Below the pieces are notes generated by a model, which saw only the letters and a program-made list of their open reading frames with translations, searched no databases and was not told the origin of the DNA. A program made the translations under genes and the position numbers. From Acidimicrobiia bacterium (GTDB lineage Bacteria > Actinomycetota > Acidimicrobiia > Spongiisociales > ZC4RG35), in NCBI GenBank assembly GCA_965248705.1, contig CBDFJY010000002.1:1177365-1241364 (forward strand): a DNA stretch of 64,000 bases. Direction: 5' to 3'. Positions 19,274 through 29,108 of the stretch are shown piece by piece. The stretch's first letter is position 1, and each line of letters begins with the position of its first letter.

Positions 19274-20269
19274 CTATTCGGGGAGGGGGCGGCGGGCGGC
19301 GGCCAACACCTCGTCTATGGAGCTTGGTTCCACGTCGCCCAGGTTTTGAACGTAGTCGTAGCCGAACCGGCCCTTGATGCACAGATGGCCGCTGGTGACC
19401 TCGTGATCCTGGGGAGAGGTGACCTTGACGATCCGATTCTCCTGGGTATGCAATTCCAGATTGCAGCCCACTCCGCAGTAGGAGCACACCGTCCGGGTCA
19501 CGGACTGCGCGTCGGGATCCCATAGTTCTGCCTGCCGGAGTTCCCACTCCGAGCGGAACATCAGGGCGCCGGTCGGGCATACCCCTATGCAGTTGCCGCA
19601 GAACACGCAGGCGCCTTCGCCCAGGGGAAGGTCCATCTCGGTGGAGATCCGGGCATCGAAACCCCGGCCCGCCACAGCAATGGCGTAGGTGCCCTGGGCG
19701 TCGATCCCGCACGCCTCCACGCACTTGTAGCAGAGGATGCAGCGGGAGTAGTCGCGGACATAGAGGGTGTTGTCCACCTTGGTGGGCTGGTGTACTCCTT
19801 CGGCGGTTTCGCCGCTGACGGGATGATGATGCCCCGGATGCCGCCCGTCCCGCTCCCCGGCCGCGGTGGGCTCGGCGGCGGCGCCGTAGCGGGTCGGGTC
19901 GGCGTCGTACTGTTTCATCCACTCTCCGACCTCGGCGTCGGCCAACGAAAGGTCCACCGAGGAGCCCAGGAATTCCAGGACCATCTTCCGGCTGTGTCTG
20001 ACCCGATCCGAATCGGTGTCGACCACCATTCCTTCCTCGGCGATCCGCGAGCAGGCGGGAACCAGGGTGCGGTTCCGTTCCACCTCCACCACACAGACCC
20101 GGCATGCGTTGACGGGGGTGAGGGTTTCCAGATAACAAAGGGTGGGGACATCGGTCCCCATCTGTTCACAGGCTTTTAGAAGGGTGGTGCCCGCCTCGAC
20201 CTTCACAGGAGCGCCGTCGATGGTCAACTGGATGGTCTTGGGAGGGGCTGTGGCTTCGGTTTGGGTCAT
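19274..20269 (-). CDS. Fe-S subunit of NAD-linked formate dehydrogenase (FdsA/NuoG N-terminal-like)
   Basis: LCY...ACRVCVV...PAC (2Fe-2S), CILCYKCVEAC, CVFCGNCIGVCP, CSYCGVGC...LCIKG. Confidence 0.88.
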   Translation of the reverse strand: MTQTEATAPPKTIQLTIDGAPVKVEAGTTLLKACEQMGTDVPTLCYLETLTPVNACRVCVVEVERNRTLVPACSRIAEEGMVVDTDSDRVRHSRKMVLEFLGSSVDLSLADAEVGEWMKQYDADPTRYGAAAEPTAAGERDGRHPGHHHPVSGETAEGVHQPTKVDNTLYVRDYSRCILCYKCVEACGIDAQGTYAIAVAGRGFDARISTEMDLPLGEGACVFCGNCIGVCPTGALMFRSEWELRQAELWDPDAQSVTRTVCSYCGVGCNLELHTQENRIVKVTSPQDHEVTSGHLCIKGRFGYDYVQNLGDVEPSSIDEVLAAARRPLPE

Positions 20270-22083
20270 TTCAGCAGTCCAAGGTCGAGTGCGGAGCGCA
20301 GGGCGATGGCAGCGGTGTGTCCCAGACCGCAGATGGAGGCGTCCCGCATGGCCAGGTCGATTTCGGTGATCATTTTCAGGTCTCCGGGTTGGGGGCGGCG
20401 GCGGATTCTCGCCAAGGCTTCTTCGATGCGAACAGTACCAACCCGGCACGGCACGCACTGCCCACAAGTCTCATCCCGGAAGAAGGCGGCGATGCGGCCA
20501 AGGATGTCTCCGAAGTCGGTGTACTGGTCGAACACCATTATCACTCCCGATCCGAGAGAAACCCCGGCCTCGGCGGCAGCCTCGAAGGTGAGCGGCATTT
20601 CCAGGCGGTCGGGAAGCACGAACGCGCCGGCCGCGCCTCCCAAGAGGATGGCCGACAGCTCCAGTCCCTCGGGCAAACCTCCCGCCAGGTCGATCAGTTC
20701 CCCAAGAGTGGCGCCGAACTCCACCTCGTAGACGCCGGGTCGGTTGACCGATCCCGACAGGCAGAACAGCTTGGGCCCGGTGGATTGGGGGGTTCCCAGC
20801 GAAGCGAATGCCTCCCCGCCCTCGGTGACGATGTCGAGGACATTGCACAGCGTCTCCACATTGTTGATGACGGTCGGCTTACCGAACAGCCCCGAGACGG
20901 TGGGGAAGGGGGGCTTGTTGCGCGGCTCTCCCCGGAAACCTTCGATGGAGTTCATCAGGGCGGTTTCCTCACCGCAGATGTAGGCGCCCTGGCCCCGACG
21001 AAGCTCAATGTCGAAAGACACCCCGTTTTCGTCGGCGTCTCCCAACAGGCCCCTCCGACGCGCTGAGTCCATGGCGTGTTCGATCCGTTCGGTGGCCAGA
21101 GGATACTCTCCTCGGATGTAAAGATAGCCTCGGCGGGCGCCGATCGCGTATCCGGTAATGGTCATGGCCTCTACTACCGAAAAGGGATCATCCTCCATCA
21201 ACACCCGGTCTTTGAAGGTGCCCGGCTCCGACTCGTCGGCGTTGCAGATCAGGTAGCGAACCGGGTCGGGAGAGTTGGCCACTGTTTCCCACTTGATCCA
21301 GGCTGGAAACGCCGCTCCTCCCCGACCCCGCAGGCCCGAGGCCTTGATCTCTCCGATCACCGCTTCCGGTCCCATCTCCACCGCCCTCTTCAGGGCTTGG
21401 TATCCGCCGGCCGCCAGGTAGGCGTCGAGGGATGCGGGATCCACCCCCTCTACCCGCCGCAGCAGCCGAAGGTGGGGTTGACCGGACTGGGGGATGGCGG
21501 GTCCGGCGGGACGTCCGTTGGGTAAGGAGAAGGCCTTTCCGTTGGACCAACCGTCGAGCTCCGAAGCGCCCACTTCGACCATTACCAGGTCGTTCGACCC
21601 GGCGCGTTGAATGTAGGCCGCCGGCGCCCGGTCGCATTGTCCGAGGCAGGGCGAGGGCGCCCAACGGGCGTTCGTGGTCTCCGATTCCCCGGCTTCCAAT
21701 TCTTCGATCAACTCCAGAGCGCCTGCGCGGCGACAGACGATGTCGTCACAGATATGCCACACCACCGACGGGGAGGGATCGACCGATATGAGGGAGTAGA
21801 AGGTGGCCACCCCCCAGGCCTCGGCGGGGGGGACGGACAAGATCCGGCAGATGTGCATCAGGGCGCCCTCCGACACCCACCCTATCTGGGATTGCACGGC
21901 TTCCAGGGCGGGCAGCAGGAGGTGGCGCCGCTCCACGACGCTCTGTCGTCCGGTCATGAAGATCCGCAGGTTGGCGGCGGTTCGCACCCTGCTGTGGCTT
22001 TCGGCGCCCACCAGTCCGGTAACCGACTCCACCGCCTCTCGCTCGGCGGCGGTGGGCTGGGCTTCGGTAAAGCGAAGGTCCAT
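20266..22083 (-). CDS. NuoE-NuoF fusion (diaphorase subunit of FDH)
   Basis: CDDIVC, CLGQC, GLRGRGGAAFP, NADESEPG, YICGEETAL, CGQCVPC, SICGLG. Confidence 0.92.
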   Translation of the reverse strand: MDLRFTEAQPTAAEREAVESVTGLVGAESHSRVRTAANLRIFMTGRQSVVERRHLLLPALEAVQSQIGWVSEGALMHICRILSVPPAEAWGVATFYSLISVDPSPSVVWHICDDIVCRRAGALELIEELEAGESETTNARWAPSPCLGQCDRAPAAYIQRAGSNDLVMVEVGASELDGWSNGKAFSLPNGRPAGPAIPQSGQPHLRLLRRVEGVDPASLDAYLAAGGYQALKRAVEMGPEAVIGEIKASGLRGRGGAAFPAWIKWETVANSPDPVRYLICNADESEPGTFKDRVLMEDDPFSVVEAMTITGYAIGARRGYLYIRGEYPLATERIEHAMDSARRRGLLGDADENGVSFDIELRRGQGAYICGEETALMNSIEGFRGEPRNKPPFPTVSGLFGKPTVINNVETLCNVLDIVTEGGEAFASLGTPQSTGPKLFCLSGSVNRPGVYEVEFGATLGELIDLAGGLPEGLELSAILLGGAAGAFVLPDRLEMPLTFEAAAEAGVSLGSGVIMVFDQYTDFGDILGRIAAFFRDETCGQCVPCRVGTVRIEEALARIRRRPQPGDLKMITEIDLAMRDASICGLGHTAAIALRSALDLGLLK

Positions 22084-22106
22084 CAGGCAGGCATGTTCGG
22101 CTTGCG

Positions 22107-24008
22107 CTACCCGACCGGCGCCGGCACTTTTTCCACCCGCACGGCGGTGGCCTTGAACTCCGCGGTGCCGCTCTTGGGATCCCAGGCCTCGATGGTCAAC
22201 TGGTTGACGTCGGCCTGCTCGGGAAAGTGGACGGACATGAAGACCAAACCGGGGCGGAGGCTCTCGTCCACCCGGACGGGGACGGTGATCGATCCCCGTC
22301 GGGAAGTGACCCGCACCTTTTCTCCCTCCGAGATCGCCCAAGCCGAGGAGTCCTCGGGCGAGATGTCGATAGTTCCCCCGATACGGATCGGGGAGTCGGT
22401 GGCGCCGCTCTGCACTCCGGTGTTGTAAGAGTCGAGGTGGCGTCCGGTGGTGAGCCGGGTGGGGTACTCCTCGTTCAACCGGTCGACCGGAGGCGCCCAC
22501 TCCACCGGGGTGAAGGGGGCGAGCGGGCCGACCGGCGGGTCTTCCCACAGGCGGGAGTGGAGGAACAGCTCCCCGGGATGATCCTCGTCGTAGCAGGGCC
22601 ATTGCAGGCCACCGTTCTCTTCCAGGCGAGAATAGGCCATTCCCCCGTGCATGGGAGAGAGGCTGCGCAGTTCGTCCCACACTTCCTCGGCGGAAGGGGT
22701 ACCCCAGTCCCACCCCATGGCAGCCGCCAGGGAGCAGATGATGGCGGAGTCGGTGCGGGCCTCCCCGGGGGGACGAAGAGCGGGACGCACCCGCTGCACC
22801 CGTCGCTCGCTGGAGGTAACGGTTCCCTCCGCTTCGCACCAGTCGGCGGCGGCGGGGAACACCACATCGGCCATCTGGGCCGTACGGGTGAGGAAAATGT
22901 CCTGGGCAATCATGAATTCCAGACCCTCCAACAGGCGGCGAGCCCTTTTGACATCGGCCTCGGATTGGGCGGGGTTCTCCCCGATCACGTACAGGCCGCG
23001 CAAAGTCCCCTCTTCCATCGCCTCGAACATCTGGGTGAGATGAAGGCCCTGGCGGGGCGGGATGGGGGCATTCCAGACGGCCTCGAACCGGGCGCGGAGT
23101 TCGTCCGACTCCACATCCTGGAAACCAGGGAGCTTGTTGGGGATTGCTCCCATGTCGCCCCCTCCCTGCACGTTGTTCTGGCCCCGGAGGGGCACCAGTC
23201 CCGATCCGTAGCGGCCCACATGGCCGCAGAGCAGCGCCAGGTTGATAAGGGCCAGTACATTGTCGGTAGCGGTGTGGTGCTCGGTGATCCCCAGCGTCCA
23301 GCACAGTTGGGCGTGGTCGGCTTGGGCGTAGGCATGGGCCAAGGAGCGGATGGCGTGGGCGGGAACCCCGGTTATTTCGGCGCCTCGCTCCAGGGTCCAG
23401 GCTTCCACGCTCTGGGCGTATTCGTCAAAGCTGAGAGTGGCGCGCTCGATGAACTCGCGGTTCTCCAGCCCGGATGCAATGATCTCCCGAGCCACCGCGT
23501 TGGATAGGGCAATGTCGGATCCGACATCGATTCCGAGCCACAGATCGGCCCACTGGGCCGACTCGCTTCGGCGAGGATCCACACAGAACAGACGGGCGCC
23601 GCGGCGGACGGCCCGGATTACGCGGTGAAAAAAGATGGGGTGGGCGGCCCGGGCGTTGGATCCCCACAAGATCACTACATCGGCGTTATCCATCTCCTGA
23701 TAGGAACTGGTTCCCCCTCCCGCTCCGAATACTGCCGCCAGACCGGCGACGCTGGGAGCGTGTCAGGTCCGGTTGCAGGAATCTACGTTGTTGGTACCCA
23801 TCACCACCCGGGCGAACTTCTGTGCCAAGAAGTTGGTCTCATTGGTGGCTTTGGAGCAGGAAAACATCCCTAGTGCCTCTCCACCATGAGCGTTGCGCAC
23901 CGAAGCCAAGCCGCGGGCCGCCGTGGCGAGCGCCTCGGCCCAGGTAGCTTGACGAAGCGCACCGTTGTCGCGCACCAGTGGATGGGTCAGCCGGGTTTTT
24001 CTTCCCAT
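22107..24008 (-). CDS. fdhF: Selenocysteine-containing Mo/W formate dehydrogenase catalytic subunit
   Basis: ORFs 23763-24038 and 22107-23693 share a frame; the junction reads NNVDSCNRT-TGA-HAPSVAGL; also LRGQNNVQG and AEFK. Confidence 0.92.
23721..23762 (-). promoter_or_regulatory. Bacterial SECIS hairpin directly after the UGA
   Basis: UGA-CA-CGCUCC...GUCGCC-GGUCU-GGCGGC...GGAGCG; loop resembles the E. coli fdhF SECIS. Confidence 0.8.
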
Positions 24009-24111
24009 AGTTGAGTCTCCTTGAAATGTACGGGCCAAAGTTCCCGTCCAGGCCTACTTTACCTTTCTGTTTTGTAAAAGGGTTTTTGGACAACAATTGG
24101 GCAACACTCCT

Positions 24112-24464
24112 ATGGAAATACGTTTGATCTCGCCTCGCATCTTTTCGATAGGGCTGATCGTAATCCGCCCCGTTTTCGGCGCATGCGCCCCAGAACCACC
24201 GTCGAGCCAAGTTTTCCGGAGGTGGGTCGCCCGGATGTTGTTGATTGTTTGGGTGTCGATCTCCGGGGATGCCTGCAGATCAAGGAGTCCGAGGATGCCT
24301 ATTGGGAGTCTTTCTACAGCGGCATCAAGGGATTCATTCACACGGAAGGGTTGTCTTACATCCTTGAGGTGGAAGTAGCGGAGGTGGAGGCTCCACCCGC
24401 CGATGGCATCTAATTGCACTACCGGCTGGTGCGCGTGGTGGAGGCGACGCCAAGCGCCGGCTGA
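24112..24464 (+). pseudogene. DUF4377-like lipoprotein, disrupted
   Basis: Lipobox-like VFGAC in one frame; shift near 24230 to DCLGVDLRGCLQIK...FYSGIKGF...PPADG; premature TAA 24411-24413 followed by LHYRLVRVVE. Confidence 0.7.
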
Positions 24465-24491
24465 AACCGATCCAACCTCTGGATGCCGGAT

Positions 24492-26258
24492 TCAGAAGAG
24501 GCCCACCACCTCGCCTGCCGAGTCGATATCCACATTGAGGAAGGCGGGGGTCACCGAGAGTCCGGGCATGGTGCGAACCGCGCCAACCAACGGATAGATG
24601 AATCCGGCGCCCACTGAGGCGCGCACTTCCCGGATGGGGAGGGTATATCCCCGGGGAGCGCCGCGGAGCGCGGGGTCGTGACTGATGGAGAGATGGGTTT
24701 TGGCCATGCAGATCGGCAGGTTTCCGAACCCCGCCTGCTCGTATTGGGCGAGTTGGCGATTGGCGAGGGCGGAGTAAGAGACATCCTCCGCTCCGTACAC
24801 CTGGCGGGCGATCCGGACGATCTTTTCTTTGAGAGATTGGTCCAGCGAGTAGAGAAAGCGGAAATTGCCAGGGACGGTGCAGGCATCCTCCACCGCTTCG
24901 GCCAACCCTCGCGCTCCCTGGCCGCCGTCCGCCCAGTGAGTGGTGGGGACGGCCGAATGAGCACCGGCTTCGACCGCCGCCGACTGTATGTATTCGACCT
25001 CCCGTTGAGAATCGGTGGGGAAGATGTTGACCGCCACCACCGCCGGGACGCCAAACCGCTGAATGGTTTGCAGGTGGGCTTGGAGATTGACCACTCCTGC
25101 TCCCAGTAGGGGCAGGTTCTCCTCGATGTAGGAGGGGTGGAGAGGCCTCCCCGGTCTTACCGGCGGGCCCCCTCCCTGAGTTTTGAGGGCGCGCACCGTG
25201 GTGGTCAACACCACACAGTCCGGTATCAGTCCCGAGGTTCGGCACTTGATGTTGAAAAACTTCTCCATCCCCATGTCGGCGCCAAACCCTGACTCGGTGA
25301 TCACGTAGTCGGCCAGTTGGAGGCCGATCCGGTCGGCCAGCACCGACGAGTTGCCGTGGGCGATGTTGGCGAAAGGTCCGGTGTGGACGAACACGCCCTG
25401 TCCTTCCAGGGTCTGCATCAGGGTGGGATGCAGGGCTTCACGCAGGAGCACCGTAACCGCCCCCGCCACCCCCAGGTCTTCGAGAGTGAGCGGCTCTCCG
25501 GTCCGCGAGGCGCCAAACACCACCCTTCCGCAGCGTTGGCGCAGGTTGCGAAGGGCGGAGGCGTAGTTGTCTCCGTCCACCAGGGCGAGAATGGCCATCA
25601 ACTCGCTGGCCACCGTGATGTCGAATCCGCTTTCCCTTGGGTACCCGTCGGCTGATCCGCCCAGCCCCACCACCACGTTGCGCAGCGCCCGGTCGTTCAT
25701 ATCGACCACTCGTCGCCACAAGATGCGGTGGGGGTCGATTCGCAAGGGCTTCAGTCCCCGTTCGGCCAGCCGTTCGTCGCTGAGCCGCTCCTCGTGATAC
25801 CACCGGGCGTCAATGGCGGCGGCCACCAGGTTGTGAGCAACCCCGATGGCGTGGATGTCTCCGGTGAGATGGAGGTTGAACTCCTCCATGGGTATGACCT
25901 GGCTGTAGCCTCCCCCCGCCGCGCCGCCCTTGATGCCAAAGGTAGGGCCCATGCTGGGCTGGCGAATGCACGCCATGGCGTTGTGGCCCCTCGCTCCCAG
26001 GCCCTGGGTAAGGCCGATGGTGGTGGTGGTCTTGCCCTCGCCGAGGGGAGTGGGGGTGATGGCGGTCACGTCCACATAGCGACCCCGGGGACGGTTCTGG
26101 ATCCGGCTCAAAATGTCGAGATGCACCTTGGCCTTGTCGGCGCCGTAGGGGATCAGTTCGTCAGTTTGGATCCCCACCCGTTCTGCTATCTCGGTTATGG
26201 GGATGACCTGGGCGCTTTGGGCAATATCCAGGTCGGAGGGGATACTGGCGGAATTCAA
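24492..26258 (-). CDS. fhs: Formate-tetrahydrofolate ligase
   Basis: TPTPLGEGKTT, GIKGGAAGGGYSQ, GPFANIAHG, FGADMG, TMPGL. Confidence 0.97.
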   Translation of the reverse strand: MNSASIPSDLDIAQSAQVIPITEIAERVGIQTDELIPYGADKAKVHLDILSRIQNRPRGRYVDVTAITPTPLGEGKTTTTIGLTQGLGARGHNAMACIRQPSMGPTFGIKGGAAGGGYSQVIPMEEFNLHLTGDIHAIGVAHNLVAAAIDARWYHEERLSDERLAERGLKPLRIDPHRILWRRVVDMNDRALRNVVVGLGGSADGYPRESGFDITVASELMAILALVDGDNYASALRNLRQRCGRVVFGASRTGEPLTLEDLGVAGAVTVLLREALHPTLMQTLEGQGVFVHTGPFANIAHGNSSVLADRIGLQLADYVITESGFGADMGMEKFFNIKCRTSGLIPDCVVLTTTVRALKTQGGGPPVRPGRPLHPSYIEENLPLLGAGVVNLQAHLQTIQRFGVPAVVAVNIFPTDSQREVEYIQSAAVEAGAHSAVPTTHWADGGQGARGLAEAVEDACTVPGNFRFLYSLDQSLKEKIVRIARQVYGAEDVSYSALANRQLAQYEQAGFGNLPICMAKTHLSISHDPALRGAPRGYTLPIREVRASVGAGFIYPLVGAVRTMPGLSVTPAFLNVDIDSAGEVVGLF

Positions 26259-26512
26259 GGGAAGCCTCCTGGGTGCTGAAGAGATGTGGAATGAAGCAAA
26301 ACGCCGCCCGGGCGGCTCGGAGTAAATGTTACCGCCGGAACGGCGATATGTTGGAGTTGGAAAGCTGTTCTTGTCTGGCGGCGCCGGCCCGATTGGACAT
26401 CGGGTGGGGGCTGGACGGCTTCGGCGGGTAGAGGTTTTTGTTATAAGGTTGTGCGTTTCTAATCTCTCCCTTAGGCCGTGTCAGCGCTCTATTTCCTGGT
26501 GACAACCCTCTG

Positions 26513-27628
26513 ATGGACTGGGTAGATCTGTTGTTGATAGCCGCCCGCGTGGTGGGGGTGTTCGCTCTGTTGCTGGTGCTCACCATCGTCAACATTTGGC
26601 TGGAGCGAAAAATTCTGGCGGATATGCAGAACCGGGTGGGCCCGGCCCGGGCGGGGCCGTGGGGGATCCTCCAGACGCTGGCGGATGGGACAAAGCTGTT
26701 CTTCAAGGAGCAGGTGACTCCCCGGAAGGTGGATTTGGGCGCCTATCTCCTGGCGCCTTTCCTGGCGGTGATTCCTGCCTTCCTGATTTTCATGATGGTC
26801 CCGCTCGGCCCGGGCCTGGAGATCGCGGGCCGACAGGTGCCGCTCCAGGGGGCCGACCTAAACATTGGGCTCCTGTTCATACTGGCCATGTCGTCCATGG
26901 GGGTGTACGCGGTAGTGCTGGCGGGATGGTCGTCGGGCTCCAAATATCCATTGCTGGGAGGAGTGCGCGCCACCGCACAGGCGATTTCCTATGAGGTCGC
27001 CATGGGCTTGGCAATGGTGGCGGTGGTGATGTTCTCGGCCACCGCTCCAGGAGCGGAGAGTGGAACTCTTTCTTTGGCCGAGATCGTGGAGAGACAGTCG
27101 GGAACCTGGGCGGGCGCCATCTCCGCCTTCGACCCGGTGGTCGGCCTCATTCCCCGCTGGAACATTTTTCCCCAGGTGGTGGCCTTTGTGATCTTTTTCT
27201 TGGCAGCGGTGGCGGAGACCAACCGGGCTCCCTTCGACCTGGTGGAGGCCGAGCAGGAACTGGTGGGTGGATTCCACACCGAGTATTCCGGGATCCGTTT
27301 TGCCATGTTCTTCCTGGCCGAATACATCAACATTTTCTCCATGTGCGCGATCACCGCCACCCTCTTTTTGGGGGGATGGAACGGCCCGGTCTGGGAAGGG
27401 GCGGTGCCTGGCTGGGTTTCGGCCATACTTCCTGTCGTATGGTTGATGGTGAAGAGCTACGTGCTGATGGTGGTGTTTTTCTGGACAAGGGCCACCCTTC
27501 CCCGGGTGCGCTACGACCAGTTGATGACCCTGGGTTGGAAGCGAATGATTCCCTTGTCGATGGGATGGTTGGTGATCTCCACGGTGGTGATCGGCTTCCG
27601 CCAATTCGGGCTGCCTTTTGTGGGATGA
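26513..27628 (+). CDS. nuoH: NADH-quinone oxidoreductase subunit H
   Basis: WLERK, QNRVGP, ETNRAPFDLVEAEQEL, PRVRYDQ. Confidence 0.96.
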   Translation: MDWVDLLLIAARVVGVFALLLVLTIVNIWLERKILADMQNRVGPARAGPWGILQTLADGTKLFFKEQVTPRKVDLGAYLLAPFLAVIPAFLIFMMVPLGPGLEIAGRQVPLQGADLNIGLLFILAMSSMGVYAVVLAGWSSGSKYPLLGGVRATAQAISYEVAMGLAMVAVVMFSATAPGAESGTLSLAEIVERQSGTWAGAISAFDPVVGLIPRWNIFPQVVAFVIFFLAAVAETNRAPFDLVEAEQELVGGFHTEYSGIRFAMFFLAEYINIFSMCAITATLFLGGWNGPVWEGAVPGWVSAILPVVWLMVKSYVLMVVFFWTRATLPRVRYDQLMTLGWKRMIPLSMGWLVISTVVIGFRQFGLPFVG

Positions 27629-27635
27629 GGACTAG

Positions 27636-28274
27636 ATGGGAATACTGAGAGAATTCTGGAAGAGCTTCAAAGTAACCGGGTCAATCGGTCTGCGGGGTCT
27701 GTTCGGAAAGGGAATTGTCACCACCCGCTATCCCTCCGAAATGCGGGAAAAACCGGTGCGCTTCCACGGTCGCCACGTTCTTAACCGCTATCCCGACGGG
27801 ATGGAGAAGTGCATAGGGTGCGAGCTGTGCGCCGGGGCCTGCCCTGCCCAGTGCATCTATGTGCGAGGCGCCGACAACCCGCCCACAGACCCCCAAAGTC
27901 CGGGGGAGCGCTTCGGGTACATATATGAAATCAACATGTTGCGATGCATATTCTGTGGGCTGTGTGTGGAGGCCTGTCCCACCGAGGCTATCACCATGTC
28001 CCACCTCTTCGAGATGTCGGTCACCAACCGCGATGACGCCATCCACACCAAGGAAGAGCTTCTGATGGCCGAGGACGGATCGGTCCCCCACATATACGAG
28101 GAGGACCCCTACGCCGACCTATCCGAGTTGGATGCCGCCGACGGCTGGTTGCGCGCCACCGCTACGGGTGGAGTGGCCGCCTATCAGGGCGAGACGATGT
28201 GGCAGGCCACCCCCGGCCCCGCTTCCTGGGAACCCGAGCCAGGCCAGGAGACCAGGGATTCTCCGGATGGTTGA
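27636..28274 (+). CDS. nuoI: NADH-quinone oxidoreductase subunit I
   Basis: [24 protein letters not shown]. Confidence 0.95.
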   Translation: MGILREFWKSFKVTGSIGLRGLFGKGIVTTRYPSEMREKPVRFHGRHVLNRYPDGMEKCIGCELCAGACPAQCIYVRGADNPPTDPQSPGERFGYIYEINMLRCIFCGLCVEACPTEAITMSHLFEMSVTNRDDAIHTKEELLMAEDGSVPHIYEEDPYADLSELDAADGWLRATATGGVAAYQGETMWQATPGPASWEPEPGQETRDSPDG

Positions 28275-28800
28275 GCTGGTGATCTTCGTGCTGATGGGGA
28301 CGGGGGCTTTGGCAGGGGGCCTGACAGTGGTCCTGGCCCGCAACCCGGTCCGCTCCGCCTTGGGGCTGTTGGGCGCCTTGGTGTCCCTGGCGGTGATTTA
28401 TGTGGTTAACCTGGCGCATCTGGTGGCGGCGGTGCAGGTGGTGGTGTATGCCGGTGCGGTGCTGACCCTGTTTCTCTTTGTGATCATGTTCATCGGCGTG
28501 GACCGCACCGAGGACACCACCGAGACCATTCCCTTCCAACGCAAGCTGGTGGCCGGGATGGCGGCCGCCGTGGCCGTGGGGGCAGCGGCGCTGGTTTCGA
28601 GAGGAAGGTTCACTTGGACACCCACCTCGTCGACGCCGGCCGAGATTCCCAACGGCACGGTTCAGGCCCTGGGGGGAGAGCTTTTTACTACCTGGGTGTT
28701 GGGAGTGGAGATAACCGCTTTGTTGTTGACCATCGCGGCGGTGGGGGCGATCACTCTGGCCTTTCACCGACGGTCTGGTGATCCTGCGGCGGAGGAATGA
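28267..28800 (+). CDS. nuoJ: NADH-quinone oxidoreductase subunit J
   Basis: [23 protein letters not shown]. Confidence 0.93.
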   Translation: MVELVIFVLMGTGALAGGLTVVLARNPVRSALGLLGALVSLAVIYVVNLAHLVAAVQVVVYAGAVLTLFLFVIMFIGVDRTEDTTETIPFQRKLVAGMAAAVAVGAAALVSRGRFTWTPTSSTPAEIPNGTVQALGGELFTTWVLGVEITALLLTIAAVGAITLAFHRRSGDPAAEE

Positions 28801-29108
28801 TGGTAGTCGTTACCCCCGGCTGGTACATGACCCTGGCCGCCGTCCTGTTCATTCTGGGGATGACCGGAGTCTTGATCAGACGCAACGCGCTGGTGATGTT
28901 TATGTGCGTGGAGTTGATGCTCAACGCCGTCAACCTAACCTTTGTGGCCGCCGGCCGGGCGGCCGGAGTCCTGGACGGGCAGGTGGCGGTGTTCTTCGTG
29001 CTGGTGGTGGCCGCCGCCGAGGTGGTGGTGGGGCTGGCGATCATCGTCGCCATATTCAGGAGACGGGAGACCGCCTCGGTTGACGAGTTAGCGGCGCTCC
29101 GGGGATGA
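28797..29108 (+). CDS. nuoK: NADH-quinone oxidoreductase subunit K
   Basis: [24 protein letters not shown]. Confidence 0.95.
   Translation: MMVVVTPGWYMTLAAVLFILGMTGVLIRRNALVMFMCVELMLNAVNLTFVAAGRAAGVLDGQVAVFFVLVVAAAEVVVGLAIIVAIFRRRETASVDELAALRG

Noticed and set aside
22084-23304. 1012-aa NuoEF N-terminal extension
   Set aside because: Alternative-frame overlap with fdhF giving Arg/Pro/Gly-rich sequence; the credible start is ATG 22083.
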